Shown piece by piece: positions 1 to 8,532 of a stretch of DNA of 64,000 nucleotides (the stretch's first letter is position 1; every line of letters begins with the position of its first letter). The notes under the pieces are model-generated. The model was not told the origin of the DNA, ran no database searches, and saw only the letters and a list, made by a program, of their open reading frames with translations. The DNA lies in NCBI GenBank assembly GCA_001775995.1, contig MEZH01000007.1, positions 200,714 through 264,713 of the forward strand, written 5' to 3'. Source of the stretch: Candidatus Bathyarchaeota archaeon RBG_16_48_13 (GTDB lineage Archaea; Thermoproteota; Bathyarchaeia; RBG-16-48-13). A program made the translations under genes and the position numbers.

Positions 1-213
1 TGGATAGTGTTTCATCACACCCAAGGCATTAGCTTTGTCACCTATCTCTTGGAGGTTCTCCGCTTGCCCAACATCTATGGTTACGGTCACTACTTCTGAA
101 CGGTATTTCTCTTGGAGCCATTTGATTGCAACAGAGGTGTCCAGTCCTCCAGAATATGCCAATACTACTTTACTGACGCGTTGGTTTGTATTCATTTCTA
201 ATAAAGACTCCAT
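1..213 (-). CDS. argG: Argininosuccinate synthase, N-terminal part (runs off the window edge)
   Basis: Manual translation gives [23 protein letters not shown]...VTIDVGQ. In-frame ATGs at 213 and 195. Not in the ORF track. Confidence 0.9.
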   Translation of the reverse strand, partial: MESLLEMNTNQRVSKVVLAYSGGLDTSVAIKWLQEKYRSEVVTVTIDVGQAENLQEIGDKANALGVMKHYP

Positions 214-314
214 ATTGCTTCTATTTTGTTCATGGAGTCCTCTTAAGGACTTTAAAGTTGCTAATAAATATTTCTTATATCGATGCAACAAAGATATGAA
301 GTTTCAACATTTCA

Positions 315-910
315 TCAAGCGTTTTGTTGAATTTCCCTCGGATTTTTTGGCATTCTGCGTGAGAATGCATCATATGCTAGTTCTTTCCCAAGTCCCAGTA
401 TTTCCATGCCCAACCGCTGTAAACCAGCATCTGAGCCTTTGCCAGATCTATCTTGCTTTCTTGGTCAAGAATCTCCTCATCTACATGGGTAGCCACGACT
501 TCTCCTACGACCAGTCGTGGGATTTCGGTGCACCAATCACCAATTTCTGCCTCAATATGCATTCCATGTTCACTGGGCATTCCTCTATCAGGGGTGATTT
601 GCTTTTTCCGGAATTAATCGGAGTCAGTCCGGTTGCCTCGAACTTGTCCACATTTTTGTCGGAGGAGCGAGTTCCTATGAAATCGGTCTCCCACAATAAT
701 TCGATTGTGGGAAGTTTACAACGAAATCCTCCGTTCCTCAATTAGTCTGTAGGAATGGCGGAATGGGTATATTCCTATGCCGAGAATTGGCGGATTTGAG
801 CTGATGTGTGTGACCGCCCACAAGGTAATTATGTTTGGCTTTTCATTCCTCCCTACGCATGATACTAGAGCCACTGGAAGAACTGGCAAGACAGATGAAT
901 TCTTTTCCAT
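315..910 (-). pseudogene. Flavin reductase-like (DIM6/NTAB family) gene broken by about four single-base deletions
   Basis: Pieces PVALVSCVG..KPNIITL, (T)EDFVVN, PTIELL..DKFEATGLTP...IEECPVNMEC and (F)VGEVVATHVDEEIL lie in different frames, with shifts near 735, 714, 510 and possibly 385. Confidence 0.75.
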
Positions 911-1045
911 GCCTCTTCATAAGGAAACCCCTTTTGAATGTGATATGCAAAATAGATTCTTGAGCTTTTGGACGTGACAAGTTATTGTTCCCCATAAACT
1001 TGAGGATTGCTATATTCAAGATCATTGACAAGATTCTTTGGAGAA

Positions 1046-1705
1046 ATGTCCCGAGGGGTATCCCATTTGATTGGTGACGAAATAGTTGCGAGATTAAGGG
1101 AGTATTTCCCAATAAGATGGTCGCAGCCCACAAACGGATTTGGCAGTTTAATCCGGACAATTCTCTCTCAAAACACAAACTTCAGAAATGAAGATTCAGC
1201 GTATAAGACCCTTGACAAAAGGATTGGTGTTAGTCCAGAAGCGTTAGCCAGTGCAAGTATTGATGATGTTATGGATTCCATAAGATCAGCGGGACTCTAT
1301 AGAAACAAGGCTCCCCGAATAGTCGAATTGGCAAGAATCGTGCTTGAGAAATATTGCGGTGATCTGTCGTCACTCTTGAAAAAGAACTACGATGAAGCCA
1401 AGGAAGAGTTAATGACACTGCCAAGCGTTGGTATGAAAACAGCTGATGTCTTCTTGCTCTTTCAGGGCAATAAGGCGGTCATCCCGATTGACACCCACAT
1501 TTTCAGGATTTCGAGAAGGCTAGGCTTTGCTCCTAAGACCTCCAATCATGATGAGGTCAGGAGAGCGTTGGAGGCAGTATTTAGACCAGAAGACTACCGT
1601 GACATTCATCTATTGCTGATACAATTGGGAAGGGAGGTCTGCACGGCCAGAAAAGCCAAGTGCATTATTTGCCCTTTGGCAGACATCTGCCCCAAACTGA
1701 TATAA
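1046..1705 (+). CDS. nth: Endonuclease III (HhH-GPD glycosylase with 4Fe-4S motif)
   Basis: ILSQNT, LPSVGMKTAD, IPIDTHIFRISRRLG and CTARKAKCIICPLADIC. ATG 1046 preferred over the ORF-track start at 1007. Confidence 0.9.
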   Translation: MSRGVSHLIGDEIVARLREYFPIRWSQPTNGFGSLIRTILSQNTNFRNEDSAYKTLDKRIGVSPEALASASIDDVMDSIRSAGLYRNKAPRIVELARIVLEKYCGDLSSLLKKNYDEAKEELMTLPSVGMKTADVFLLFQGNKAVIPIDTHIFRISRRLGFAPKTSNHDEVRRALEAVFRPEDYRDIHLLLIQLGREVCTARKAKCIICPLADICPKLI

Positions 1706-1722
1706 AGAATGAAGATTGAAGC

Positions 1723-3210
1723 TTAGCCTTTTATCACAGCCAAGGGCACAAGTCTGGCAACCTTCGTCGCTATTCTGAGATCGTGGCTGACTTGGACTAC
1801 TTCGTCGACATTCTTGTATGCTGGATCGGCTTCTTCGGCCAAGACAACTGATGAGGCTGCTCGTACAACCATCCCTCGACTCTCAAGCTCCTTCTTGACC
1901 TCATTCCCCCAGAAACTCTTCTTGGCCATGGTTCGGCTTAGCATTCGACCAGCTCCGTGAGCAGTGCTCCCCCAGGTAATATCCATGGCATGTGGTGCGC
2001 CGACCATGACCCAGGAGCTGGTTCCCATGGATCCAGGTATTATTACTGGCTGTCCGACAGATCGATATGCGGAGGGTATTGCTGGATGTTCTGGTGGAAA
2101 AGCTCGAGTAGCTCCTTTTCTATGAACGATGACCTTTTTGATGCTACCATCAACAGCGTGTTCCTCGATCTTTGCTATATTGTGCGCAACGTCATAAACG
2201 ACTTTTAAGCCCATTTTGTCTGCTTGGGCATGGAAAGCCTGTTCGAAGGATTGACGAACCCAATGAGTGATCGCTTGTCTATTGCTAAATGCAAAGTTGA
2301 CCGCGCTGGCCATTGCCTTATAGTAATCTTCAGCCTCATTACTGCTAGCTGGAGCACAAGCCAATTCTCTATCTGGGAGTGAGATTTTATACTTGTCTAT
2401 GGCGCGTTCCATAACTTGGAGATAGTCGCTGCAAATCTGGTGACCAAAACCTCGACTTCCCGTATGAATCATCACCGTAATCTGATCAGGTTCCATCAAA
2501 CCGAAGGCTTTCGCAGTTTGGGTGTCGAAGATCTTGTCGATTTTTTGAATTTCAACAAAATGATTGCCACTGCCCAAGGTTCCGATTTGCGATTCACCTC
2601 TATCTTTTGCGGTCTTGGAGACTTTCTCTGGATCTGCGTTCTTCATGAAGCCGTTCTCTTCACAGTAATTCGGATCTTCAGGCCAACCCAGACCTCTTTT
2701 CTCAATTAACCAATTAACGCCTTCTAGAGCAATCTTGTCCAGCTCAGCTCCACTAACTCTGAAATCTTTTCGGCGACTTCCCAAGCCACTCGGTACGTTT
2801 TGAAAGATTGAGGTTGCCAAATCGGCAAGTTTTGGTCGTATGTCATTCAGGGTTAGGTTTGTGGAAAGAAGTCGGACACCGCAGTTTATACTATTGGAGG
2901 GCTAGCTCACAATATTTATATCGTATCCGACTCCGCCCGGACTAATTACTCCCGATTCATAATCGGTAGCTGCTACTCCACCTATGGGGAAACCGTAGCC
3001 TTCATGACCGTCCGGCAAAACAATACTGGATTTGTAGATACCCTTGAGGTGCGCCACATTCACTCCTTGCTCTATGGTCCTGTCGAGCTGCATTTTTTTT
3101 AGAAGTTCTTCGTTGGCAAATATCGTGCAAGGCACTCTCATGCCCGATCTATACGAGGGTGGCAGACGCCAAGTGTTCTTATCGATTCGTTCTAGGGGAA
3201 AATGAGACAT
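1723..3210 (-). CDS. rtcB: tRNA-splicing ligase RtcB, join(3210..2916, 2885..1723), 485 aa after intron removal
   Basis: N-part [27 protein letters not shown]; C-part [61 protein letters not shown]. Both parts are in one frame, separated by a 30-nt insert containing TAG. Confidence 0.95.
2886..2915 (-). other. Candidate 30-nt BHB mRNA intron in rtcB
   Basis: Central helix AUAU/GUAU, two AAA bulges, intron stem UAUUG(U)GAG/CUCCAAUA, and a 12-bp exon-exon helix. Cleavage after the second bulge nucleotide regenerates GAT ATA AAC TGC. Confidence 0.9.
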
Positions 3211-3575
3211 TATTACCCATCCTAAAAGAACTAGAAAATGGACTTCGATTTTAACCTATTCGAATCAGCTTGTCATTTCTTGTATGTGGTCTAGGGTAGT
3301 TCAAGATCCAAGAATTGTTGCATCCAGCTGAGGTTTCTCGTTTCTTTCTTGATATCATAATGGTGAAGGGAAGGACTTATGCTCAGAGCCAAACTGCCGT
3401 TCAAGGCATCTAAATATCTCGCATTCAGAATATTTTTCTTTCTAAGAAGTGTTCAAATGCGCAGAGTTCTGACTCAGGGGGGAAACTTTGCCCCGCGAAG
3501 TAGGTGGCAGAAGTCCCATTTCCTTTTTGAGAGTCTTTGGACAAAGACTAGATCATGAAATGAAGCAATGCCGTG

Positions 3576-4020
3576 TCAGCGTTTCAAGGACTGGTGCACA
3601 TTCCTCCCACAACTATTTCTGAGAGAACCCAGTATTATCCTTCTTTTCAGACGAAGCTCTTGATCCTTGAGATACTGATGGCGCTCAATTGACCTGTACG
3701 AAAGAACAAGGCGCTCTGCAACAAGTTCTCCCAAAAAAGCTTGTTGCATGTCCTTCTCAAAAAGCAACCCATCAATAGTGACTAGGGAAACATTGAATTG
3801 ATTCTCCTTCTCGAAGGAAAATCGCACTAGCTTCTGATAGTCTTGCAGGACTGCAGCTATCCAGAGCCAACCTTTTCCGCTCTGGGTTAACGCGTAAAAA
3901 AAACCGTGGCCACAACCTTATACTCTGCAAGTTTCTTTTGCAACATGCGACTTTCTAGAGGAACTTCGTCCTTCTGCATATCAACCGATTCCTCGGAATC
4001 AAAGTCCTGCGATCTTCCAT
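3576..4020 (-). pseudogene. Probable decayed hypothetical gene between archease and rtcB
   Basis: An ATG overlaps the archease stop (TAATG at 4022-4018). Protein-like segments lie in three frames, one joined across a T8 run (3896-3903). No family recognised with confidence. Confidence 0.35.
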
Positions 4021-4454
4021 TATACATCCAGAATGAACCTTAAGGTCGTCTTCCCTTTTCTTTCGGAAATCGCCATTCTGTGATACGTTATGGCCTTGAC
4101 GCCAACTCTCGACGGGTGCCGTTCTCCATCATAAGTTTCCCCATATATTGTGGCCTCCAGATGGAAGATTTTCCACCGCATTTCTATTTTTTCTACTTGA
4201 AATCTTGAGTACACGTTGTTGTCTATTTCGAATTTTAGGATTAATTGTTCCAGCCACTTATATAGGAGTTCATGTTTGTCTCTTGCCTCTACAACTATTG
4301 TCTCTCGTTTCGTTGGCTTCACAGTGCTAGTATCAATCATGACCTCGAACAAAGCCAATGCAGCGTCTTCGAAAGATTTTCCGATGGTTGGGCCCCAAGC
4401 TTCCACATATACATCGGCTGTATGTTCAAGAAATCTAAATCCCACTTGAATCAA
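4020..4454 (-). CDS. Archease (RtcB cofactor)
   Basis: FRFLEHTADV N-terminus, VKAITYH and C-terminal ILDV. Lies upstream of rtcB. Confidence 0.95.
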   Translation of the reverse strand: MIQVGFRFLEHTADVYVEAWGPTIGKSFEDAALALFEVMIDTSTVKPTKRETIVVEARDKHELLYKWLEQLILKFEIDNNVYSRFQVEKIEMRWKIFHLEATIYGETYDGERHPSRVGVKAITYHRMAISERKGKTTLRFILDV

Positions 4455-4563
4455 CTAAGAGATATTTCATTACGCAGTAGAAAAAGACTTGCACGTTCTT
4501 CCAGCAAGGTAAGACTTAAGATATTGAGCTACTAGAATCTCAAAATGCCGGGAGATAAGAGGT

Positions 4564-4728
4564 GCCGGGATGACGCGTAAACTAAAAGATTTTCGCGTCT
4601 CGACGGCTGAGTGGACTAACACGCCCAGACGATGCGTGGCCCAAAAGCGCCGGCCTTGAGCCGGTCATAAGCAAGAGAGCCGGTGGCCCTTCTGGGTCTC
4701 AAGGGTTCAAATCCCTTTCCCGGCGCCA
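4564..4728 (+). tRNA. tRNA-Ser(UGA) with three introns: 8/9 (4572-4604), 21/22 (4619-4644), 37/38 (4661-4677); CCA encoded
   Basis: Acceptor GCCGGGA/UCCCGGC, G73, T arm AAGGG-UUCAAAU-CCCUU and a long variable arm. Each insert folds as a BHB, and removal gives a standard cloverleaf. Confidence 0.9.
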
Positions 4729-4803
4729 TTCCATCCTTGGCAAGAACCAAAAATTCAATCAGCAATGAATGGTTTCGAGTCATTCAATTCTGATCGATTT
4801 CTA

Positions 4804-5112
4804 TTAGACCAATTCAATTTCTATATATATGTCGTCTGGAACTTTAATTCGCATGACGCGTCTCATGGCCCGTTCATTAGCGTCTATATCTATCATTCTC
4901 TTATGAACTCGGAGCTCGTATTTGTCGTAAGTATGTGTTCCCTCTCCACATGGTGATTTCCTCACCGGGACTAACAATCTTTTGGTGGGTAAAGGCATAG
5001 GCCCAGCTATCTTAACCCCCGTCTTTTCGGCGATGTCTCTCAATTCATCGCATATGATTTGAAGTTTCTTTGGGTCGGTGCTGGTCAACCTAATTCTAGC
5101 TTTCTGAACCAT
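4804..5112 (-). CDS. rps10: 30S ribosomal protein S10 (uS10)
   Basis: [23 protein letters not shown] and HKRMIDI. Confidence 0.97.
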   Translation of the reverse strand: MVQKARIRLTSTDPKKLQIICDELRDIAEKTGVKIAGPMPLPTKRLLVPVRKSPCGEGTHTYDKYELRVHKRMIDIDANERAMRRVMRIKVPDDIYIEIELV

Positions 5113-5220
5113 GTAGTTTTGCTCCGAACATGAAACATTGGGGCTGAAGCTATGAGATTCTGTGGGGCTTATTTAATGCTTTTGTCTCCTTCAAAAAGAA
5201 GAGGGTAGAGAAGAAAAAAG

Positions 5221-6537
5221 CTATATCTTTTGTCCTGGTTCGACTTTCGTTGTTATCTCCTTTACGACGCCGGCTGCGATGGTAGTCCCCATATCTCTAA
5301 CTGCAAATCTGCCAAGCTGGGGTATGTCTGAGAATGCCTCTATTGCTATTGGATGGAGAGGCTCCAGCTTGACTAGGGCGCCGTCACCTGTCTTAAGGAA
5401 GGCGGGTTTTTCCTCTACTACTTGACCGGTCCTTGAATCGATCTTCTTTATGAGTTCTGAGAACTTGCAGGCGACTGTTGCTGTGTGGATGTGAAGGACC
5501 GGGGTATATCCTTGAGCAATAGCCGTTGGATGATGTATCACTATGATTTGACCAATGAATTCTTTCGCAACTGTAGGCGGATTTTTCAGTGGCCCTGCAA
5601 CATCGCCCCTATGGATTTCATTCTTGGCTACACCTCTGACGTTGAAGCCTATGTTATCGCCTGGAACAGCTTGGTTGATGCGTACGTGATGGGTCTCAAG
5701 AGATTTGACTTCGCCTTTGACATTGGACGGCATGAAGACTATAGAGTCGCCTTCTTTGACAATGCCTGTTTCGACTCTTCCCACGGGGACCGTGCCTATT
5801 CCGGTGATGGTGTAAACGTCCTGAATTGGAAGCCTCATGGGTTTGTCGATTGGTTTTGGCGGAACTTGAAGCGCATCCAGGGCTTGGATCAATGTTGGGC
5901 CCTTATACCAAGGCATATTCTCGCTTTGCTTCACCAAGTTATCTCCTAACCATCCGGATATGGGGACGAACGATATCTTACTTGTGTCATATCCGACGGT
6001 CTTAAGGAGTTTATCGATCTCTGCTTTGCACTCATTATATCTTTCTTGGGACCAATTGACAGATGGATCATCCATCTTATTTATTATCACAACCATCTGG
6101 CCAACACCTACAGTTCGAACCAAGAAAGCGTGTTCTCGAGCCTGACCTCCAGGAGCTATGGCGGTCTCGAACTCTCCTTTCTTCGCGGAGATTGTCATTA
6201 GACTTATGTCTGCCTGACTGGCCCCCGTGATCATATTCTTGATGAAGTCCCTGTGACCCGGGGAATCGATGATGGTGAAGAAGTACTTTGGAGATTCGAA
6301 TTTCCAGAAGGATAGGTCTATCGTGACCCCTCTCTCACGTTCTTCTTTCATCTTGTCCATTATCCAAGCGAATTTGAAAGACTCTCCCAGACCTGTCTTC
6401 TTTGACTCTTCTGAAAGGCTAGCCATGGCTCTCTCGTCTACATAACCTGTGAGGAAAAGGAGATGCCCCATAGTTGTTGATTTCCCATGGTCTACGTGAC
6501 CGTTAACGACGATGTTAAGGTGCGGTTTCTCGCTCAA
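5221..6537 (-). CDS. tuf: Elongation factor 1-alpha
   Basis: GHVDHGKST, ERERGVTID, DSPGHRDF and NKMD. Confidence 0.98.
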   Translation of the reverse strand: MSEKPHLNIVVNGHVDHGKSTTMGHLLFLTGYVDERAMASLSEESKKTGLGESFKFAWIMDKMKEERERGVTIDLSFWKFESPKYFFTIIDSPGHRDFIKNMITGASQADISLMTISAKKGEFETAIAPGGQAREHAFLVRTVGVGQMVVIINKMDDPSVNWSQERYNECKAEIDKLLKTVGYDTSKISFVPISGWLGDNLVKQSENMPWYKGPTLIQALDALQVPPKPIDKPMRLPIQDVYTITGIGTVPVGRVETGIVKEGDSIVFMPSNVKGEVKSLETHHVRINQAVPGDNIGFNVRGVAKNEIHRGDVAGPLKNPPTVAKEFIGQIIVIHHPTAIAQGYTPVLHIHTATVACKFSELIKKIDSRTGQVVEEKPAFLKTGDGALVKLEPLHPIAIEAFSDIPQLGRFAVRDMGTTIAAGVVKEITTKVEPGQKI

Positions 6538-6648
6538 CTAATCAAACCTCCAATCAAGTCAGATTGATTGTCTATACCTTATTTGCCTCAACGTATTTTA
6601 ATTCTGCTATATTTAACTCTATTCCAGCTGAGATTTCAGAGGAATTAC

Positions 6649-7227
6649 TTACCGCGAAGCCAAAGCGACCCTCTCAGTCTCATCCCTTTTCTGAACGGCA
6701 TAGCTTTTTGGGTCCCTAGCTGCAGCATACAGAAGCTCATCTGCCAAACATTCTTCAATTGTCTTTGGGTTATTCAGAGAGGCTTCTCTAGCGCCATTGG
6801 AAATGAATCTCAATGCCAAGTCAACGCGCCTTTGGGCAGAGATGTCTACCGAAATATGATACACGACACCCCCATAGCTTATTCTCGTGGTCTCCTCAGA
6901 CGGCGCTGCATTTTCTACGGCTTTCACCAAAATTTCTAATGGGTTCTTCCCTGAACGGAGATTTATTATTTCAAAGGCGTTTTTCACAAAGTTGATTGCC
7001 CGGGCCTTCTTCCCCCCAGCTCGGCCGGGTCTCATCAGCATATTCACCAAACGTTCCGCGATATTGACCTCTGATTTTTTGAAACGCCTGTGCTCGTGGC
7101 GACCTCCACTAGTCGGAATCAATACTGGGTCAAGACAAACATACTTCTTGAGACCAGGATCATTAACCTCTAAGTCGTCAAAGGACCACTTTTCGAAGAG
7201 TCTTATCTCTGCTTTGTATTTGTTCAA
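6649..7227 (-). CDS. rps7: 30S ribosomal protein S7 (uS7)
   Basis: LFEKWSFDD, ERLVN and RRVDLALR. TTG start preceded by GGTGA. Confidence 0.97.
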   Translation of the reverse strand: MNKYKAEIRLFEKWSFDDLEVNDPGLKKYVCLDPVLIPTSGGRHEHRRFKKSEVNIAERLVNMLMRPGRAGGKKARAINFVKNAFEIINLRSGKNPLEILVKAVENAAPSEETTRISYGGVVYHISVDISAQRRVDLALRFISNGAREASLNNPKTIEECLADELLYAAARDPKSYAVQKRDETERVALASR

Positions 7228-7261
7228 GAGTTTTCACCAGGGCATGATCATGAATGGAAGT

Positions 7262-7699
7262 CTAGCGAACTGGTTTCTCTTTCTTACCAGTGATGAGTGA
7301 TTTCAAAGCCACCCCGTTGACTGAGAGAACTCTATATCTGACGCCGGGAAGGTCACCATATGACTTACTTCTAGGGCCTCCAATCCCCTCGATAAGTACT
7401 TCATCATGTTCATCAATGAAGTTGAGAGCCCCATCACCAGGTAGAAATGCTGTTACCACTTTACCATTTTTTATCAATTGAAGCCGTACACATTTTCTGA
7501 TGGCAGAGTTAGGCTGACGACTTTCAATTCCCACTTTCTCAAGGACGATACCTCTTCCCAAGGGAGCTCCCCCCAAGGGGTTAGCTTTTATATCTAGGCC
7601 TAAGAGACGTCTCTTGTAGGTTCTGAGTTTCCAACGGAGACGCTTGTGTTTCTTCATAAGCTGTCTCGCAGCGTATTCGCCTCGCGGAGATTTGACCGT
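7262..7699 (-). CDS. rps12: 30S ribosomal protein S12 (uS12); probable near-cognate ACG start at 7699
   Basis: KQPNSA-like [10 protein letters not shown] and GDLPGVRY. The S12-type N-terminus [13 protein letters not shown] lies upstream of the first ATG (7657). Confidence 0.95.
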   Translation of the reverse strand, partial: TVKSPRGEYAARQLMKKHKRLRWKLRTYKRRLLGLDIKANPLGGAPLGRGIVLEKVGIESRQPNSAIRKCVRLQLIKNGKVVTAFLPGDGALNFIDEHDEVLIEGIGGPRSKSYGDLPGVRYRVLSVNGVALKSLITGKKEKPVR

Positions 7700-7719
7700 G
7701 GATTCCCCCTCCCGAATAT

Positions 7720-7730
7720 CTTTATATAAG
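7720..7730 (-). promoter_or_regulatory. TATA box upstream of rps12 (a second candidate lies near 7753-7762)
   Basis: CTTATATAAAG on the minus strand, about 25 nt upstream of the inferred start. Confidence 0.5.
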
Positions 7731-7774
7731 CTCGATAGTTGGAACGACGACCCTTATATATGGTTTTTGCAAAT

Positions 7775-8212
7775 CTATGAAATCACGACGTCACTTATCT
7801 CGAAATACCTCTTAGCCAAGAAACGTATTCTCTCTACAGTCCGCCCATCTTTTCCTATAGCTACACCTTTGTCCTTTGGCTCAACCGCAATCACAGCAAT
7901 CTTTCTACCATCTGGTCTTACAGTGATACGTACCTCATTTATTCTGGCTGGCGCAAGAGCATTCTTGATGAAGTCTGTGGGCTGTTCATCAAATTCAACG
8001 ATTTCAACGTTTTTGTTGATCATGCGCATGAGGAGTTTTACGTTGTATCCACCTTTTCCTATGGCCAAGCCAACATTTCCAGCTTTGACCACATATATGA
8101 TTCTGTTGGCTTTCTCGTCAATTATGCAGTCTTTGGCAAGGGCACCGGTGACATTCTCGAACAGTGCCATGTACTTGATTTCATCTTCTCTTAGGAGGAT
8201 CTTACTGGGCAT
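7775..8212 (-). CDS. nusA: Archaeal NusA (KH domains)
   Basis: GLAIGKGG and GVAIGKDG KH motifs. Located between rpl30e and rps12. Confidence 0.95.
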   Translation of the reverse strand: MPSKILLREDEIKYMALFENVTGALAKDCIIDEKANRIIYVVKAGNVGLAIGKGGYNVKLLMRMINKNVEIVEFDEQPTDFIKNALAPARINEVRITVRPDGRKIAVIAVEPKDKGVAIGKDGRTVERIRFLAKRYFEISDVVIS

Positions 8213-8522
8213 TCTGGTCCTCCACGGTCTTCATTATGTCCGAGTCCCCAATCTCCTTCATGACCAAAGCCGCCACGCTATAGGGTTTTCCGCAAGCGGC
8301 ACCAAGGTCCATGCCGGATCCTTTGAACATATACAAGGGAACAGTGGAGAGTCTTATGTAATACTCCATATCTTGACGTATCCCTTTGGGACAATTGGAC
8401 GCTAAGATTATCAGTTTAGCTTTGCCAGATCTTGCAGCGTCCAATGCCAATTTGGCACCAAAAAGAACCTTACCCGTCTTGACGGCCATTTTCAGAGCCT
8501 TGTTTACATCAACTTCGACCAA
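8202..8522 (-). CDS. rpl30e: 50S ribosomal protein L30e
   Basis: AVKTGKVLFG and LGAACGKPYSVAAL. TTG at 8522 after GAGG is preferred over the ORF-track start. Confidence 0.95.
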   Translation of the reverse strand: MVEVDVNKALKMAVKTGKVLFGAKLALDAARSGKAKLIILASNCPKGIRQDMEYYIRLSTVPLYMFKGSGMDLGAACGKPYSVAALVMKEIGDSDIMKTVEDQNAQ

Positions 8523-8532
8523 ATTAGTCGCC

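Noticed and set aside
2886-2915. Alternative explanations for the rtcB break: split gene, intein remnant, or UAG read-through (pyrrolysine)
   Set aside because: Read-through would leave 10 extra residues immediately before the catalytic Cys. No intein motifs are present. The ORF-track C-part start (2820) omits the CGVR motif. The exact BHB geometry explains the insert better.
6495-6515. EF-1alpha G1 context VVNGHVDHGKST (Asn instead of the usual Ile)
   Set aside because: It lies outside the invariant GHxDxGKS residues and is probably ordinary lineage variation.
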